Assembly (NCBI GenBank): GCA_040756235.1
Contig: JBFLZG010000003.1
Location: 1 to 46,729 of the forward strand
Source: a bacterium
GTDB taxonomy: Bacteria > Desulfobacterota > DSWW01
Length of the DNA: 46,729 nucleotides
Reading direction: 5' to 3'
Both the position numbers and the translations under genes were made by a program. Each line of letters opens with the position of its first letter. Within the stretch, counting starts at the first letter, position 1. This document shows positions 19,140 through 28,946 of the stretch, piece by piece. The notes beneath the pieces are model-generated. The model had not been told where the DNA came from, did not search any database, and was given only the letters and a program-made list of their open reading frames with translations.

Positions 19140-21481
19140 GGCTTCGTGTCCGCGAGGATCTGCATCCGGTGGCTGTAAACGCTGTGAATGCGGAAACCCT
19201 TCTCCCCCCGGGAATACTCGACCCAGAACGTGACCCGCACGGGCCTGAAGCACGCGAGCCAGCGGCCGGTTGAGGGTTGGAAGAAGCGCCGTCCCTCCTT
19301 CTCGGCATGGTGGATCACCCGCTGGATGTCCTCCACCAGGATGCGGCGTTCTTCCATCAGCTCCCGCACTTCAGGCGGAATCTCCAAGACGATCTTGCGG
19401 TGCTCCTCCATCTCCGGCGGCCTTTCTCCCCAGAGCCGTGCGAGCATGTCAGTTTTGAGCCGCTCCCGGCTCTCCTGTCTCTGAGACCACCCCGGGCCCT
19501 TGCGCGCAGGAGGTTCGCCGCCCGGGGAGGGATAGATCAGGTCCAGGATATGGACGACCCGTTTGCCGGAAGCCGAGAGGCTGTCCCTGCACATGGCGCA
19601 GTAGGTCACGTAATCCGAAGGGCTCTGGCGGGCGCGCCGGGCGGCCACCTCGCGTGCCAGGGCGGGGTTTGCGGCGGCCATGAGCCCCCCGTAACCGCAG
19701 CATTCGGTCAGGAACCCCGAGTACGGCAGCTCCTCGATCGCACAGCCGAGCCTCGAGAGCAGCCTGCGCACGCTCTGCCGCATCTCGCGCTCCCCCCGCG
19801 CGGTGCAGGGATCGTGCACCGCGAGGGGCGACCGTCCCGACCACGGCGGCCCGGAGGCCGCTGCCGGCCCTGGCAGGCCGATCTTTTCCAGGATCTGCCA
19901 CAGAGACTCGATCGGGATATGGGGGGCATGCTGCTTGAACATCCGGGTGCAGGTCGGGCAGGCGAGGATCAGCGTCGGAGCCCCCAGGGCACGCCAGCGT
20001 TCCTCCAGCCAGCGCCACGTATCCCGGCAGAGATCGTCGCGGGCCGCCCAGAGGGCCGGCGCGCCGCAGCAGTAAAGGACGAGCCCCACTCCGCCTCCCA
20101 GGGCGCCGCGGAGGTGCTCGTAGATCTGCTGGACCCGACCAGGGAGAGAAGCGCTCAGCTGGCAGCCCGGGAAGAAGGCGAAGCGGCTGGGGTCCCGGCC
20201 CGGCTCGCTGCGCGCGAGGGCGAACTGCTCGCTCGTGCTGAAGCGCAGGTCGTCCAGAGCGAACTCGTGCGCCGATGGCGGCATCTTGCCTCGATCCACC
20301 ATGCTCTTGCGGGCCTGCCGACACAGGTCCGCCATGGAGAAATCTTCGGGGCAGACGATCTCGCAGAGCCGGCAGAGGCTGCACGAGTTGATCAGCTTGT
20401 TGGCCGTGCGGTGACCCGCGACGATCGATTCGTTGTTGTAGATTTGCCGGGCGTATCTCTTCGGGTATCCTGCGAAACGCTCCAGGTAGAGGCAGGTCTT
20501 GACGCACTCCAGGCACTCGCAGTGGAGGCACCTTCCCGCCTCCTGAACGGCTTCCTCCTTGGAATAGCCTTCCTCCGGATCGGCCATGACCGCGGCCGGA
20601 AGCGGCTCGACGCCCGCGAGGCTCGTGTATAGCCGGGTCGGTCGAGGTCCTTCCCCCTCCCGAGCGGCGGTGAGCGATACCCTCTGCAGATGGCGGTCGA
20701 TGGAAGCCGCCGCGGCGCGGCCTTGCGCCGCCTCGAGGACCGGAGAGCGATGTGCTCGTTTGCATGCGAGCCCGGCGAGGAACAGGCTCGCTTCCCGGGC
20801 CGACTGCAGCGTGACAGGATTGGCCCTCACGCCGTATGCCCCGTCGGGATCGAGAGCGTGCCCGTCGGCCGGGTAGTCGATTCCCCCCAGGTCCAGACAC
20901 ACGGCTTCGAAGCGGCGCAGGGCCGTCTCGAGAAGATTCGCCGCCGCGTCTTCCCGCAGGTCGAAGCGGACGCCGAGCTGCTGAAGCTCCGAGATCTGGT
21001 CGAGGATCGCTTCCCTGGGAAGTCGCTTCTCCGGCAAGCCCAGCAGCCACCCCCCCAGCTCGTCCGTGCGGGAGAAAACCGTGACTGCATAGCCCTTTCG
21101 GACCAGGTCCCATGCGGCTGCGATCCCGCTCATCCCGCTGCCTACCACTGCGACGGCCCGGCCGTTGCCGGGCAGGCAGCGGACCTTGCCCCCCCGCCCG
21201 GTCAGCTGCACGCAGGCCCTCTCCAGGGCGCCGATCGCGATCGGGTCTCCGACTTCCCGGCGCTTGCACTCGAGCTGGCACGGATGATCGCAGATGCGGC
21301 CCAGGATCCCGGCAAAGGGCATCGTTTTCTTCAAGGTCGCGCAGGCGGCATCCCACTTCCCTTCACGGATCTGACGGACGAAGAGGCGCACGTCCACGTG
21401 AAGAGGACAGGCAGCCGTACAGAACGGAGGCTCCTCCTGGATGCACCTCTTTTCCAGCTCCCGCAGCTCTTTCTGCTCCAC
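19136..21481 (-). CDS. pyridine nucleotide-disulfide oxidoreductase / Fe-S dicluster / CCG-domain protein (DVU_1558-like)
   Basis: CTAACPLH, GRICDHPC, GSGMSG, RCLHCECLEC, CSLCRLCEIVCP, FPGCQ, CCG (x2) and HDPC; GTG 21481 follows GGAAGG. Confidence 0.85.
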   Translation of the reverse strand: MEQKELRELEKRCIQEEPPFCTAACPLHVDVRLFVRQIREGKWDAACATLKKTMPFAGILGRICDHPCQLECKRREVGDPIAIGALERACVQLTGRGGKVRCLPGNGRAVAVVGSGMSGIAAAWDLVRKGYAVTVFSRTDELGGWLLGLPEKRLPREAILDQISELQQLGVRFDLREDAAANLLETALRRFEAVCLDLGGIDYPADGHALDPDGAYGVRANPVTLQSAREASLFLAGLACKRAHRSPVLEAAQGRAAAASIDRHLQRVSLTAAREGEGPRPTRLYTSLAGVEPLPAAVMADPEEGYSKEEAVQEAGRCLHCECLECVKTCLYLERFAGYPKRYARQIYNNESIVAGHRTANKLINSCSLCRLCEIVCPEDFSMADLCRQARKSMVDRGKMPPSAHEFALDDLRFSTSEQFALARSEPGRDPSRFAFFPGCQLSASLPGRVQQIYEHLRGALGGGVGLVLYCCGAPALWAARDDLCRDTWRWLEERWRALGAPTLILACPTCTRMFKQHAPHIPIESLWQILEKIGLPGPAAASGPPWSGRSPLAVHDPCTARGEREMRQSVRRLLSRLGCAIEELPYSGFLTECCGYGGLMAAANPALAREVAARRARQSPSDYVTYCAMCRDSLSASGKRVVHILDLIYPSPGGEPPARKGPGWSQRQESRERLKTDMLARLWGERPPEMEEHRKIVLEIPPEVRELMEERRILVEDIQRVIHHAEKEGRRFFQPSTGRWLACFRPVRVTFWVEYSRGEKGFRIHSVYSHRMQILADTKP

Positions 21482-21578
21482 GAACTGCTGCCTTCCTGTC
21501 GAGACCGCCGAACGGCCGCATGAGCCCCCGGAACGGGTGCGGTCCCCAAAGGGGCTCGTAAAGGGCGGCCGGGGACTG

Positions 21579-24302
21579 TTATGGGACGGATTGGAGTCCT
21601 GCCAGGACCTTTTCGGGAAGGGCCGGCAGGCGCGTGATGCGCACGCCGCAGGCGTTGTGAATCGCATTGATGATGGCGGCGTGGGGACTCGTCAGCGGCA
21701 GCTCTCCCACGCCGGCCGCGCCGAAGGGGCCGTGCTCCCGCGGCGTCTCCACGTAGAGAATCTCCAGGTCGTCCGGCACCTGCCGGACGTAAGGGAACCC
21801 GGCGCCGACCAGGGTCGAGTGCTTCTTGACGTCCTCGAAGTCTTCGGAAAGGGCGAGGCCGATCCCCTGGGCCATGCCGCCGTAGATCTGCCCGTCGGTG
21901 ACGAGCCGGTTGTTGACCTTGCCGATGTCTGCCGCGAGCGTCATCTTGAGGACCCTGGCCGCCCCGGTCTTCAGGTCCACCTCCACCTCGGCCAGGAACA
22001 CCCCGTACATGTAAACGCAGAAGGGAGCCCCCTGGGCGTTTTCGTCGCAGACCGTACAGGGAGTCGTCCATTTTCCCGAGTGTCTGACCGGGATTTTCTC
22101 GGCCACCATCTCGTCGTAGGTGCGCCAGGAGCCCTCCTTCTTCCGCATGGCGCCCAGGAGCAGCTCGCAGGCGGCCTGGATCGCCCGGCCGGTCACCACC
22201 TGCTGTCGGCTCCCTCCCGAGGGGCCGCTGTTCGGGGCGCGGCCGGTGTCGTTCATGACGAGCCGGATCTTGCCCGGTGCGAGGCCGAGAGGCCGCAGGG
22301 CCTCGTGGGCGGTGCCGACAACCCCCATGTCCGCGCCCTGGCCGTGATCCTCCCAGCAGGTATACAGGGTGACCGTGCCGTCCGGCATCAGCTCGGCCCA
22401 GGCCTCCGAGGCGTCGGGACCATCGAGGCCGCACCCGTAGATCCCGATGGAAACGCCGACACCCCGTTTCCTGTCCGCCGTGGACTCCTTGCCGGCTCTC
22501 TCCAGAGCTGCCCGGTAACGAGGACGGATGAGATCGATCATCTCGGGAAGACTGTAGACTTCCGGCTTCTGGCCGGTGGGGGTCGTGGCCCCGGGGCGGT
22601 ACACGTTGAGGTAGCGCAGCTCCAGCGGGTCCACGCCGATCTTCTCCGCCAGCTCGTCCATGAGCACCTCGGAGGAGAACTCGCTCTGCGGGGCGCCGTA
22701 GGCCCGGAAGGCCGAGCCCCAGGAGTGATTGGTGCACACGGTCCGTCCCTCGCCCCGGATGTTCGGGATGTCGTAGCCCGCGCCCATGAACTGAGCGCCC
22801 CGCAATGTGAGAAGGTCCCCGAACTCGGAGTAGGGACCGTGGTCGACCGACCAGTCCGTCTCCATCCCCAGGAGCCTGCCGTCCTGGTCCGCGGCAAAGC
22901 GCATCTTCACGAAGAAGGGAGAGCGCTTGCCCGTGTAGGTCATCTGCTGGCGGTAGTCGTAGCGCAGGGAGACCGGCTTGCCCGTGGCCAGGCACGCCGC
23001 CCCCAGCAGCGCCTCCATGGTGGGGCTGAATTTGTAGCCGAAGGTTCCTCCGGCCGGGTTCTGGACGAGGACGATCTTGCCGGGCTCGACGCCGAGACCC
23101 GGGCCGATCATGAGCGAGTGAATGTGGAGCGCGATCGACTTGGAGCAGATGACGAGCCGCCCCTCGTCATCGAGGTAGGCGAAGCCCACGTCGGGCTCGA
23201 TCGGCATGTGGGGCTGCCGGCCCACGTAGAATTCGTCCTCCACCACGTGAGCCGCGCTTTCGAAGACTTCCCGTGTGTCCTTTCCCTTGGCGATCTTCTG
23301 GGCATAGTACACGTTGGGCGTGCCCGGATGGATCTCGATCGCGTCCTCGGCCATGGCCGCCGGCGCGCTCATATAGGGCGGCAGCGCCTCCAACTCCACC
23401 CGCACCCGGGCGGCCGCGGCCTTTGCGTGGGCCTCGGTGTCGGCGCACACGATCGCAAGGGCGTCCCCGTATTGGAACACCTTCTCGTCGCACAGGATCG
23501 GCCGGTCCCAGCCGTCCCCCTTGTTGGAGGGAAACGTGATGAGGCCGCTCACGCGGTTCTTGCCCCTGACGTCCCTGTGGGTGACCACTTTGCACACCCC
23601 GGGCATCGCCTCCGCCTCCGTGGTGTCCATGGAAACGATCCGGGCGTGGGAGACCTCGGCCTGTACGAGCGCCAACCGCAGCGTGCCGGGAGGCAGCTTC
23701 AGCCCCGCGTCGGCCCCGTAATCGCAGGTGCCGGTGACCTTCGCGACCGCGCTCGGCCGGGGGTAGGCTCCGCCCCAGATGCGGCCGTCCGCGGGCAGCT
23801 TGTAGGAAAGCTCCTCCCTCGTCGTCTCCCCTCGCACCACCCGGGCCGCATCCATGACCGCATCCACGAGCTGTTTGTACCCGGTGCACCGGCAGGCGTT
23901 GCGGTTCTTCTGAAACCACTCCCGGACCTGCTCCCGGCTCGGAGCCGCGTTCAGGTCCAGCAGGGCCTTGGCCGAAACGATGAACCCCGGCGTGCAGAAG
24001 CCGCACTGGGCGCCGCCGTGGACCGCCCAGGCGAGCTGGAGAGCGTGCAGCTTCCCGGGCGTGCCCACCCCTTCGATGGTCGTGACCGCGGCGCCATCCG
24101 GTACGCGCTTCATCTTCGTCACGCAGGAGCGAGTGAGCTTGCCGTCCAGGATCACGTTGCAGGCCCCGCATTGCCCCTGGCCGCAGCCCAGCTTGGTGCC
24201 GGTGAGCAGAAGTTGCTCCCGGAGCAGCTCGGCCAGCGTGGCCTCGGCGTCCACGACCAGTGTCCGCCGAACCCCGTTCACGTCGAGGGTCCTCGAAATC
24301 AT
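21579..24302 (-). CDS. mop: molybdopterin-dependent aldehyde oxidoreductase (xanthine oxidase family, Mop type), 907 aa
   Basis: GCGQGQCGAC, QCGFCTPG, CRCTGY, GGTFGYK, AFRAYG, HGQG, SGGSRQ and GVGE; ATG 24302 follows AAGGAGG. Confidence 0.93.
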   Translation of the reverse strand: MISRTLDVNGVRRTLVVDAEATLAELLREQLLLTGTKLGCGQGQCGACNVILDGKLTRSCVTKMKRVPDGAAVTTIEGVGTPGKLHALQLAWAVHGGAQCGFCTPGFIVSAKALLDLNAAPSREQVREWFQKNRNACRCTGYKQLVDAVMDAARVVRGETTREELSYKLPADGRIWGGAYPRPSAVAKVTGTCDYGADAGLKLPPGTLRLALVQAEVSHARIVSMDTTEAEAMPGVCKVVTHRDVRGKNRVSGLITFPSNKGDGWDRPILCDEKVFQYGDALAIVCADTEAHAKAAAARVRVELEALPPYMSAPAAMAEDAIEIHPGTPNVYYAQKIAKGKDTREVFESAAHVVEDEFYVGRQPHMPIEPDVGFAYLDDEGRLVICSKSIALHIHSLMIGPGLGVEPGKIVLVQNPAGGTFGYKFSPTMEALLGAACLATGKPVSLRYDYRQQMTYTGKRSPFFVKMRFAADQDGRLLGMETDWSVDHGPYSEFGDLLTLRGAQFMGAGYDIPNIRGEGRTVCTNHSWGSAFRAYGAPQSEFSSEVLMDELAEKIGVDPLELRYLNVYRPGATTPTGQKPEVYSLPEMIDLIRPRYRAALERAGKESTADRKRGVGVSIGIYGCGLDGPDASEAWAELMPDGTVTLYTCWEDHGQGADMGVVGTAHEALRPLGLAPGKIRLVMNDTGRAPNSGPSGGSRQQVVTGRAIQAACELLLGAMRKKEGSWRTYDEMVAEKIPVRHSGKWTTPCTVCDENAQGAPFCVYMYGVFLAEVEVDLKTGAARVLKMTLAADIGKVNNRLVTDGQIYGGMAQGIGLALSEDFEDVKKHSTLVGAGFPYVRQVPDDLEILYVETPREHGPFGAAGVGELPLTSPHAAIINAIHNACGVRITRLPALPEKVLAGLQSVP

Positions 24303-25057
24303 GTGCGTCCTCCTTTTGCCTGAATCAAATTCCTTTCCATCACCATGAGGCGAACGCCCCGCATCTGCGAGAAAATGGCACCCTGGCCCGCCAGGAGCAC
24401 GGCCAGCTTGGGATCGATCACCCTTGTCCCTGCGATGAGGTCCACTCCGTAATCGAAGAGAACCCGGGACAGGGGGGTCGTCGGGCCGATGACGCACACG
24501 AAGGCATCCGGCCTGCAGAGCTTCACCAGGCCCCCGAAGGTCTTGTTCACCAGGGATGTGCCGGTGATCGCCACGACGTCCGCACCGGGCAGCACCTCCC
24601 CGGCAGAGTCGGTGGGCAGCTCGCCCTCGTCCGGATCTATCTCCAGAACGTCGAGATGCCGCACGGCCTCGCGGACCCGGGGGATGAACGGGAAGTGGCC
24701 GATGATGGCGACTCTCTTGCTCCGCCCGCGCCGGATGATCTCATCCACCGCATTCCGGTTCGTCATTTCATGCCCGCCGGAGTCGACCAGGGCATTGACC
24801 GCCGCCATGCCGAGGGAAGCCTCCATGGGGCCCTCGCAACGGAGCAGTTGCGCGAGCTCCAGGGCGCTGTGCTCGGTAAGGCTTCCGGCCCACCGAATCA
24901 GCCCGTGACCGTTCGGCGCATGAGCGTCCCTGAGGGTCGAAGCCATGCCGGCCCCTCGTGCCGTGGACACCACGGTCCAGAAGGCGCCGACCCGGACCTC
25001 GTCCACCGCCGCGTCTCCCGGAAGGTCGGCGAGCAGATCGTCGATGATGGACATCAT
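24299..25057 (-). CDS. DUF364 (Rossmann-like) family protein
   Basis: ASLGMAAVNA, VAIIGHFP, DVVAITGTSLVNKT and IGPTTP motifs; ATG follows GGAGG; first gene of the mop operon. Confidence 0.85.
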   Translation of the reverse strand: MMSIIDDLLADLPGDAAVDEVRVGAFWTVVSTARGAGMASTLRDAHAPNGHGLIRWAGSLTEHSALELAQLLRCEGPMEASLGMAAVNALVDSGGHEMTNRNAVDEIIRRGRSKRVAIIGHFPFIPRVREAVRHLDVLEIDPDEGELPTDSAGEVLPGADVVAITGTSLVNKTFGGLVKLCRPDAFVCVIGPTTPLSRVLFDYGVDLIAGTRVIDPKLAVLLAGQGAIFSQMRGVRLMVMERNLIQAKGGRT

Positions 25058-25274
25058 TCCCTCCTGCGCAGCCGGCTGCGGCGCTCGGGAGCATGCTGCG
25101 CCGCACGGGCCATGAACTTGCCCCTTCGTCCCGACCGGACCTGGAATGCACCAGGGGCTCCGGATCGACAGACGCAACGCGCTTTCGGCGCACGGTGTCC
25201 GCCGCATGAACGCAGGAAGCGCCTGCGGCGCGAGAAACGGCGTCGCTCGAAGCCGCGCTCAGAGATCTCGGCTC

Positions 25275-25397
25275 CTAGCCGACAGAGTCAGACCCCCGGG
25301 TCTCTGACGGAAGCAGGAGAACAGCGGAAAGAGAAGGCTTCCACCTGAAAGGAAGCCGGAAGGATCTTTTCGGGGCAGTAGACTTGCAGATCCTCAT
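25275..25397 (-). CDS. putative 40-aa leader peptide (uORF) crossing a terminator
   Basis: ATG 5 nt after the riboswitch GGAAAGGAG; MRICKSTAPKRSFRLPFRWKPSL... Confidence 0.4.
   Translation of the reverse strand: MRICKSTAPKRSFRLPFRWKPSLSAVLLLPSETRGSDSVG
25328..25357 (-). terminator. intrinsic terminator in the mop operon leader
   Basis: GGCTTCC...GGAAGCC stem followed by TTCTCTTT. Confidence 0.6.
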
Positions 25398-25400
25398 GTT

Positions 25401-25505
25401 TTCTCCTTTCCGAACACGGGGGGCATAACCGTTTCCAGTCATACCGAATGTCCATCCTCTCGAATGGGAGCCTTTCTGCTCCTTTAGAGGGAATGGATCG
25501 GAGAA
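25401..25505 (-). promoter_or_regulatory. Moco/Wco riboswitch-like RNA #2 (no P3), upstream of the DUF364-mop operon
   Basis: TTCTCCGATCCAT...CTCTAAAG...ATGGACATTCGGTATGACTGGAAACGGTTATGCCCCCCGTGTTCGGAAAGGAGAA. Confidence 0.85.
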
Positions 25506-25513
25506 TTGGGATG

Positions 25514-25542
25514 ATGGTAAGGTGCCGGCCATGAGCTGTCAA
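25514..25542 (-). promoter_or_regulatory. sigma70 promoter TTGACA-17-TACCAT
   Basis: Lies directly upstream of riboswitch #2. Confidence 0.65.
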
Positions 25543-25573
25543 CAGGAAAAACGCCGCCCTGAGAAAGCCAAAG

Positions 25574-25607
25574 AAAAAAGGCCCGCAAACGGGTTCATCT
25601 GACGGGC
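25574..25607 (-). terminator. terminator after formate dehydrogenase
   Basis: GCCCGT...GCGGGC stem plus T6, just past the FDH stop. Confidence 0.55.
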
Positions 25608-25611
25608 ATCT

Positions 25612-28311
25612 TCAGGGCGCTCTTTCGATCCGTACCGCACAGAACTTGTACTCGGGGGTGTGCGTGACCGGGTCGAGAGCGTTGATGGTCAGGCGGTTGA
25701 TCGGAGACTCGGAAAAATGAAAGGTGCTGTAGACCGTCCCCCGATCGACGATGTCGCCGACAGAGGCCTTGGCCTCGATCTGGCCGCGCCGGGAGGTCAA
25801 GCGGATCCGGTCCCCTGCGCGGATTCCCAGCCTGGCCGCATCCGTCTCATGGATCTGCACCAGACACTCCGGGTAGCGGGCGTTGGGCCCCACGGAGCGC
25901 CGGGTCATGGTGCCCGTGTGATAGTGATAGAGGATGCGTCCCGTCATGAGGATCAGGGGATAGTCCTCGTCCGTGGGCTCCGCAGGAGGCGTCCACTCGA
26001 TCGCGTGGAACAGCCCCTTGCCGCGCGTGAAACGATCCTTGTGGAGGTAGCGGGTCCCCGGATGCTCCTTGTTGGGGCAGGGCCACTGGAGACCGCCCTT
26101 TTCCAGTCGCTGGTAGTCGATTCCCTGATAGGAAGGGGTGAGCGCCGCCATCTCGTCGAACACCGAGCCGGAATCGGCGAAGGCCATGGGAAAGCCCATC
26201 CGTGTTGAAAGATCGCAAATGATTTCCCAGTCCGGTCGGGCCGCGCCGGGCGGGTCGACGACCTTGCGCACCCGCTGCACGCGGCGCTCCGTGCTGGTGA
26301 AGGTCCCGTCGTGCTCCGCGAAACAGGTCGCCGGCAGCACCACGTGCGCTAGTCGGGCGGTCTCGGTCATGAAGATGTCCTGGACGACAAGAAGCTCCAG
26401 GCTCTTCAGGGCCTTCTCCACGTGGGCGATGTCCGGGTCGCTCAGGACCGTATTTTCCCCCATGATGTACATGCCCTTGACTTCGCCGGCGGCGGCCTTT
26501 TGAAGGGCGGTCATCTTCGTCATCCCTGCCTTCAGAGAAAGCTCCTTGACGCCCCAGGCCTCCTCCATCTTCGTGCGGATCGCCTCGGCGGTGACTGCCT
26601 GGTACCCCGAGTAGACCGCGGGGAGAGCGCCCATGTCGCAGGCGCCCTGGACGTTGTTCTGACCGCGCAGGGGATTGACTCCGCAGGATTCCTTGCCCAC
26701 CTTGCCGCAAAGCATGGCCAGGTTGGCGATCGACTTGACGGCATCTGTCCCGTTCACATGCTCGGTGACGCCCAGGGTGTACGCGATGGAAGCCTTCTCG
26801 GCCGTGGCGTAGAGACGCGCTGCGGCCATGAGCCTCTCCCGGGGGATGCCGGCCATCGCCTCCACTCTCTCCAGGGTGTAGCCGGCCACCCTTCTTTTCA
26901 GCTCCTCGAAGCCCTCGGTCCGCTCCTGCACGTATTCCCTGTGGTAAAGCCCTTCGCTGATGATGAAGTTCATCATGCCGTTGAGCCAGATCACGTCCGA
27001 GCCCGGCTTCTGGCGCAGCCAGATCTCGGCGTGCTTGACGAGAGCGATCTTCCGGGGGTCGGCCACGATCATCTTGGCCTTGCCCGAGCGTACGGCCCTC
27101 TTCATGAAGGTGGAGATCACGGGGTGCGCCTCCGTGGTGTTGGATCCCACGACGAAGATCACGTCCGCGTTCTCAAACTCCTCGATCGAGTTGGTCATCG
27201 CGCCACTGCCGAACGCTGCGGCCAGACCGGCCACCGTGGGCGCGTGTCAGACCCGGGCACAGTGGTCCACGTGGTTGTTGCCGAAGACCGCCCGCGTGAA
27301 CTTGCCCATGATGTAGTTGGCCTCGTTGGTGCATCGTCCCGAGGCGATGGAGGTCAGGGAGTCGGGGCCGTGCTCTCGCTTGATATCACGGAAGCGGGCA
27401 GCCACCAGGTCCAGAGCCTCGTCCCAGGAAGCCTCCCTGAAGCGGCTGTCTTCTTTGATGAGCGGCGTCTTCAGCCGGTCCGGATGGTTGACGAAATCGT
27501 TTCCAAAGCGCCCCTTGACGCACAGGCGCCCGAGATTGGGCTTCGCATCCTCGGTGCCGGTGACCCGGGCGATCTTGCCGCCTATGAGGTGGAAGTTGAT
27601 GTTGCACCCCGTGCCACAGTAGGTGCACACCGATCGCACGACCTTCTCCTCCCATGCCTTGCCCACGGGCATCCTCTGTTTTTCAGACAAAGCTCCCACC
27701 GGGCAGAGCTGAACGCACTCGCCGCAGAAGACGCAGCCCGACTCCCAGTAGTCCACGTCGCCGTCTGCTACGATCTTCGCGTGGGGTCCCCTGTATCCGA
27801 AGTGGATGACCTGGTTGACCTGGACATCGTTGCAGGCCCGGACGCAACGGCCGCAGAGCACGCACTTGTTGAGATCGCGAACGATCATCGGGTTGCTGTG
27901 ATCAAAGGGGATTCGAGGGGACTCGATCGGAAACCGCGGGTGCTCGACATCGAGCTCGTAAGCCAGATCCTGCAGCTCGCAGCGGCCGTTCGAGCTGCAG
28001 TTGGGGCAGTCGTGGTTACCGCTGGCCAGGAGGAGCTCCACCACGAGCCTGCGCGCCTGGAGCACGCGGTCGCTGGCGGTCGTGACCACCATGCCGTCGC
28101 GGTCGATGATGCCGGAGCAGGAGGCCACGAGGGTCCGGGACCCTTCCACCTCCACCACGCAGACCCGGCACGAGCCGGTATCGTCCAGCCTGGGGTGATG
28201 ACAGAGCGTCGGGATGTGTATGCCCGCCCGGTTGGCCACCTCCAGGATCGTTTCTCCTTGCAGGGCCTGCAGTCGCCGTCCGTCGATGGTGATCGTCAGT
28301 TCCTTGCTCAT
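25612..28311 (-). CDS. fdhF: formate dehydrogenase alpha subunit, selenocysteine-containing (UGA at 27249-27247), 899 aa, with N-terminal 2Fe-2S/4Fe-4S domains
   Basis: ORFs 27247..28311 and 25612..27234 are in one frame and read DHCARV-U-HAPTVAGL. Also CTYCGTGC, LCVKG, PLRGQNNVQG and PEYK.CAV. Confidence 0.93.
27218..27235 (-). promoter_or_regulatory. bacterial SECIS hairpin
   Basis: GGTGGCCGGTCTGGCCGC begins 11 nt after the UGA, like the E. coli fdhF SECIS (GGUUGCAGGUCUGCACC). Confidence 0.8.
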
Positions 28312-28567
28312 CGGGCTTCCCTTTCAGTCTGTTGCCTTCAGGCGGGCTCACGGATGGATGCCGGTCCTAGGAACGATCGGCTGGCCGGTTGCATGAGGCT
28401 CCGGAGACGATGTCGCTTGGCGCGGAAACCCGGCGCGTAGAGGGAGGCTTCAGGAAGAAGGAGTCGGGAAGACGAAAGTCCCCCGAGGGGCTCGACGTGC
28501 GGGACGTTGGGCTGTGGCGCAAGGCCTGGCTGGAGCAAGACGCAGGGAGAGGGCGGCCTCAACCGGG

Positions 28568-28667
28568 GTCTCCTTTCCAAGCATGGGGGGCTGCAAGGTT
28601 TCCCTCTCAGCCGAATGGTCGCCCTCCTTAGCAGGTGCACTGCCTTAGGGCGGGTCGACTCGGAGAC
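28568..28667 (-). promoter_or_regulatory. Moco/Wco riboswitch-like RNA #3 (no P3), upstream of FDH
   Basis: GTCTCCGAGTCG...CCTAAG...TAAGG...CGACCATTCGGCTG...GGAAACC...CAGCCCCCCATGCTTGGAAAGGAGAC. Confidence 0.82.
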
Positions 28668-28680
28668 TTTGGATCGGGGA

Positions 28681-28709
28681 AGGGTACACGGAATGCGATG
28701 CCTTGTCAA
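28681..28709 (-). promoter_or_regulatory. sigma70 promoter TTGACA-17-TACCCT
   Basis: Lies directly upstream of riboswitch #3. Confidence 0.6.
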
Positions 28710-28853
28710 AATATCGGGACTGCACGTGCCGGGCCGGAGCGCGTGGCGCGGATGCTCTTTCCCCCCCGAGCCGCGCAAAGGACCTGGGCGTCAGCAAGCA
28801 CGCTGAGGTCCGGCGGATTCCGCGGCCCCGGTCGGGAGGTGGCGTTCACCCGG

Positions 28854-28882
28854 TTGCAGTCGCCCGAGTCCTGCAATATGCT
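28854..28882 (+). promoter_or_regulatory. putative moeA promoter TTGCAG-17-TATGCT overlapping the inverted repeat TTGCAG-N11-CTGCAA
   Basis: Seen in sequence about 65 nt upstream of the moeA ATG. Confidence 0.4.
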
Positions 28883-28946
28883 TTTCCATCTATCGGCGAA
28901 GAGGGAACACCCGATCATAGCCCGCCGCATTCAGGGGAAGAGGGTC

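Noticed and set aside
21441..24323. 960-aa plus-strand ORF, and similar long antisense ORFs such as 1060..3144, 26422..28440, 37137..38918 and 40040..42448
   Set aside because: Shadow ORFs opposite well-supported genes in GC-rich DNA, with no recognisable motifs.
25612..28311. FDH as a split gene or pseudogene
   Set aside because: The single in-frame TGA is at the Sec position and is followed by a SECIS.
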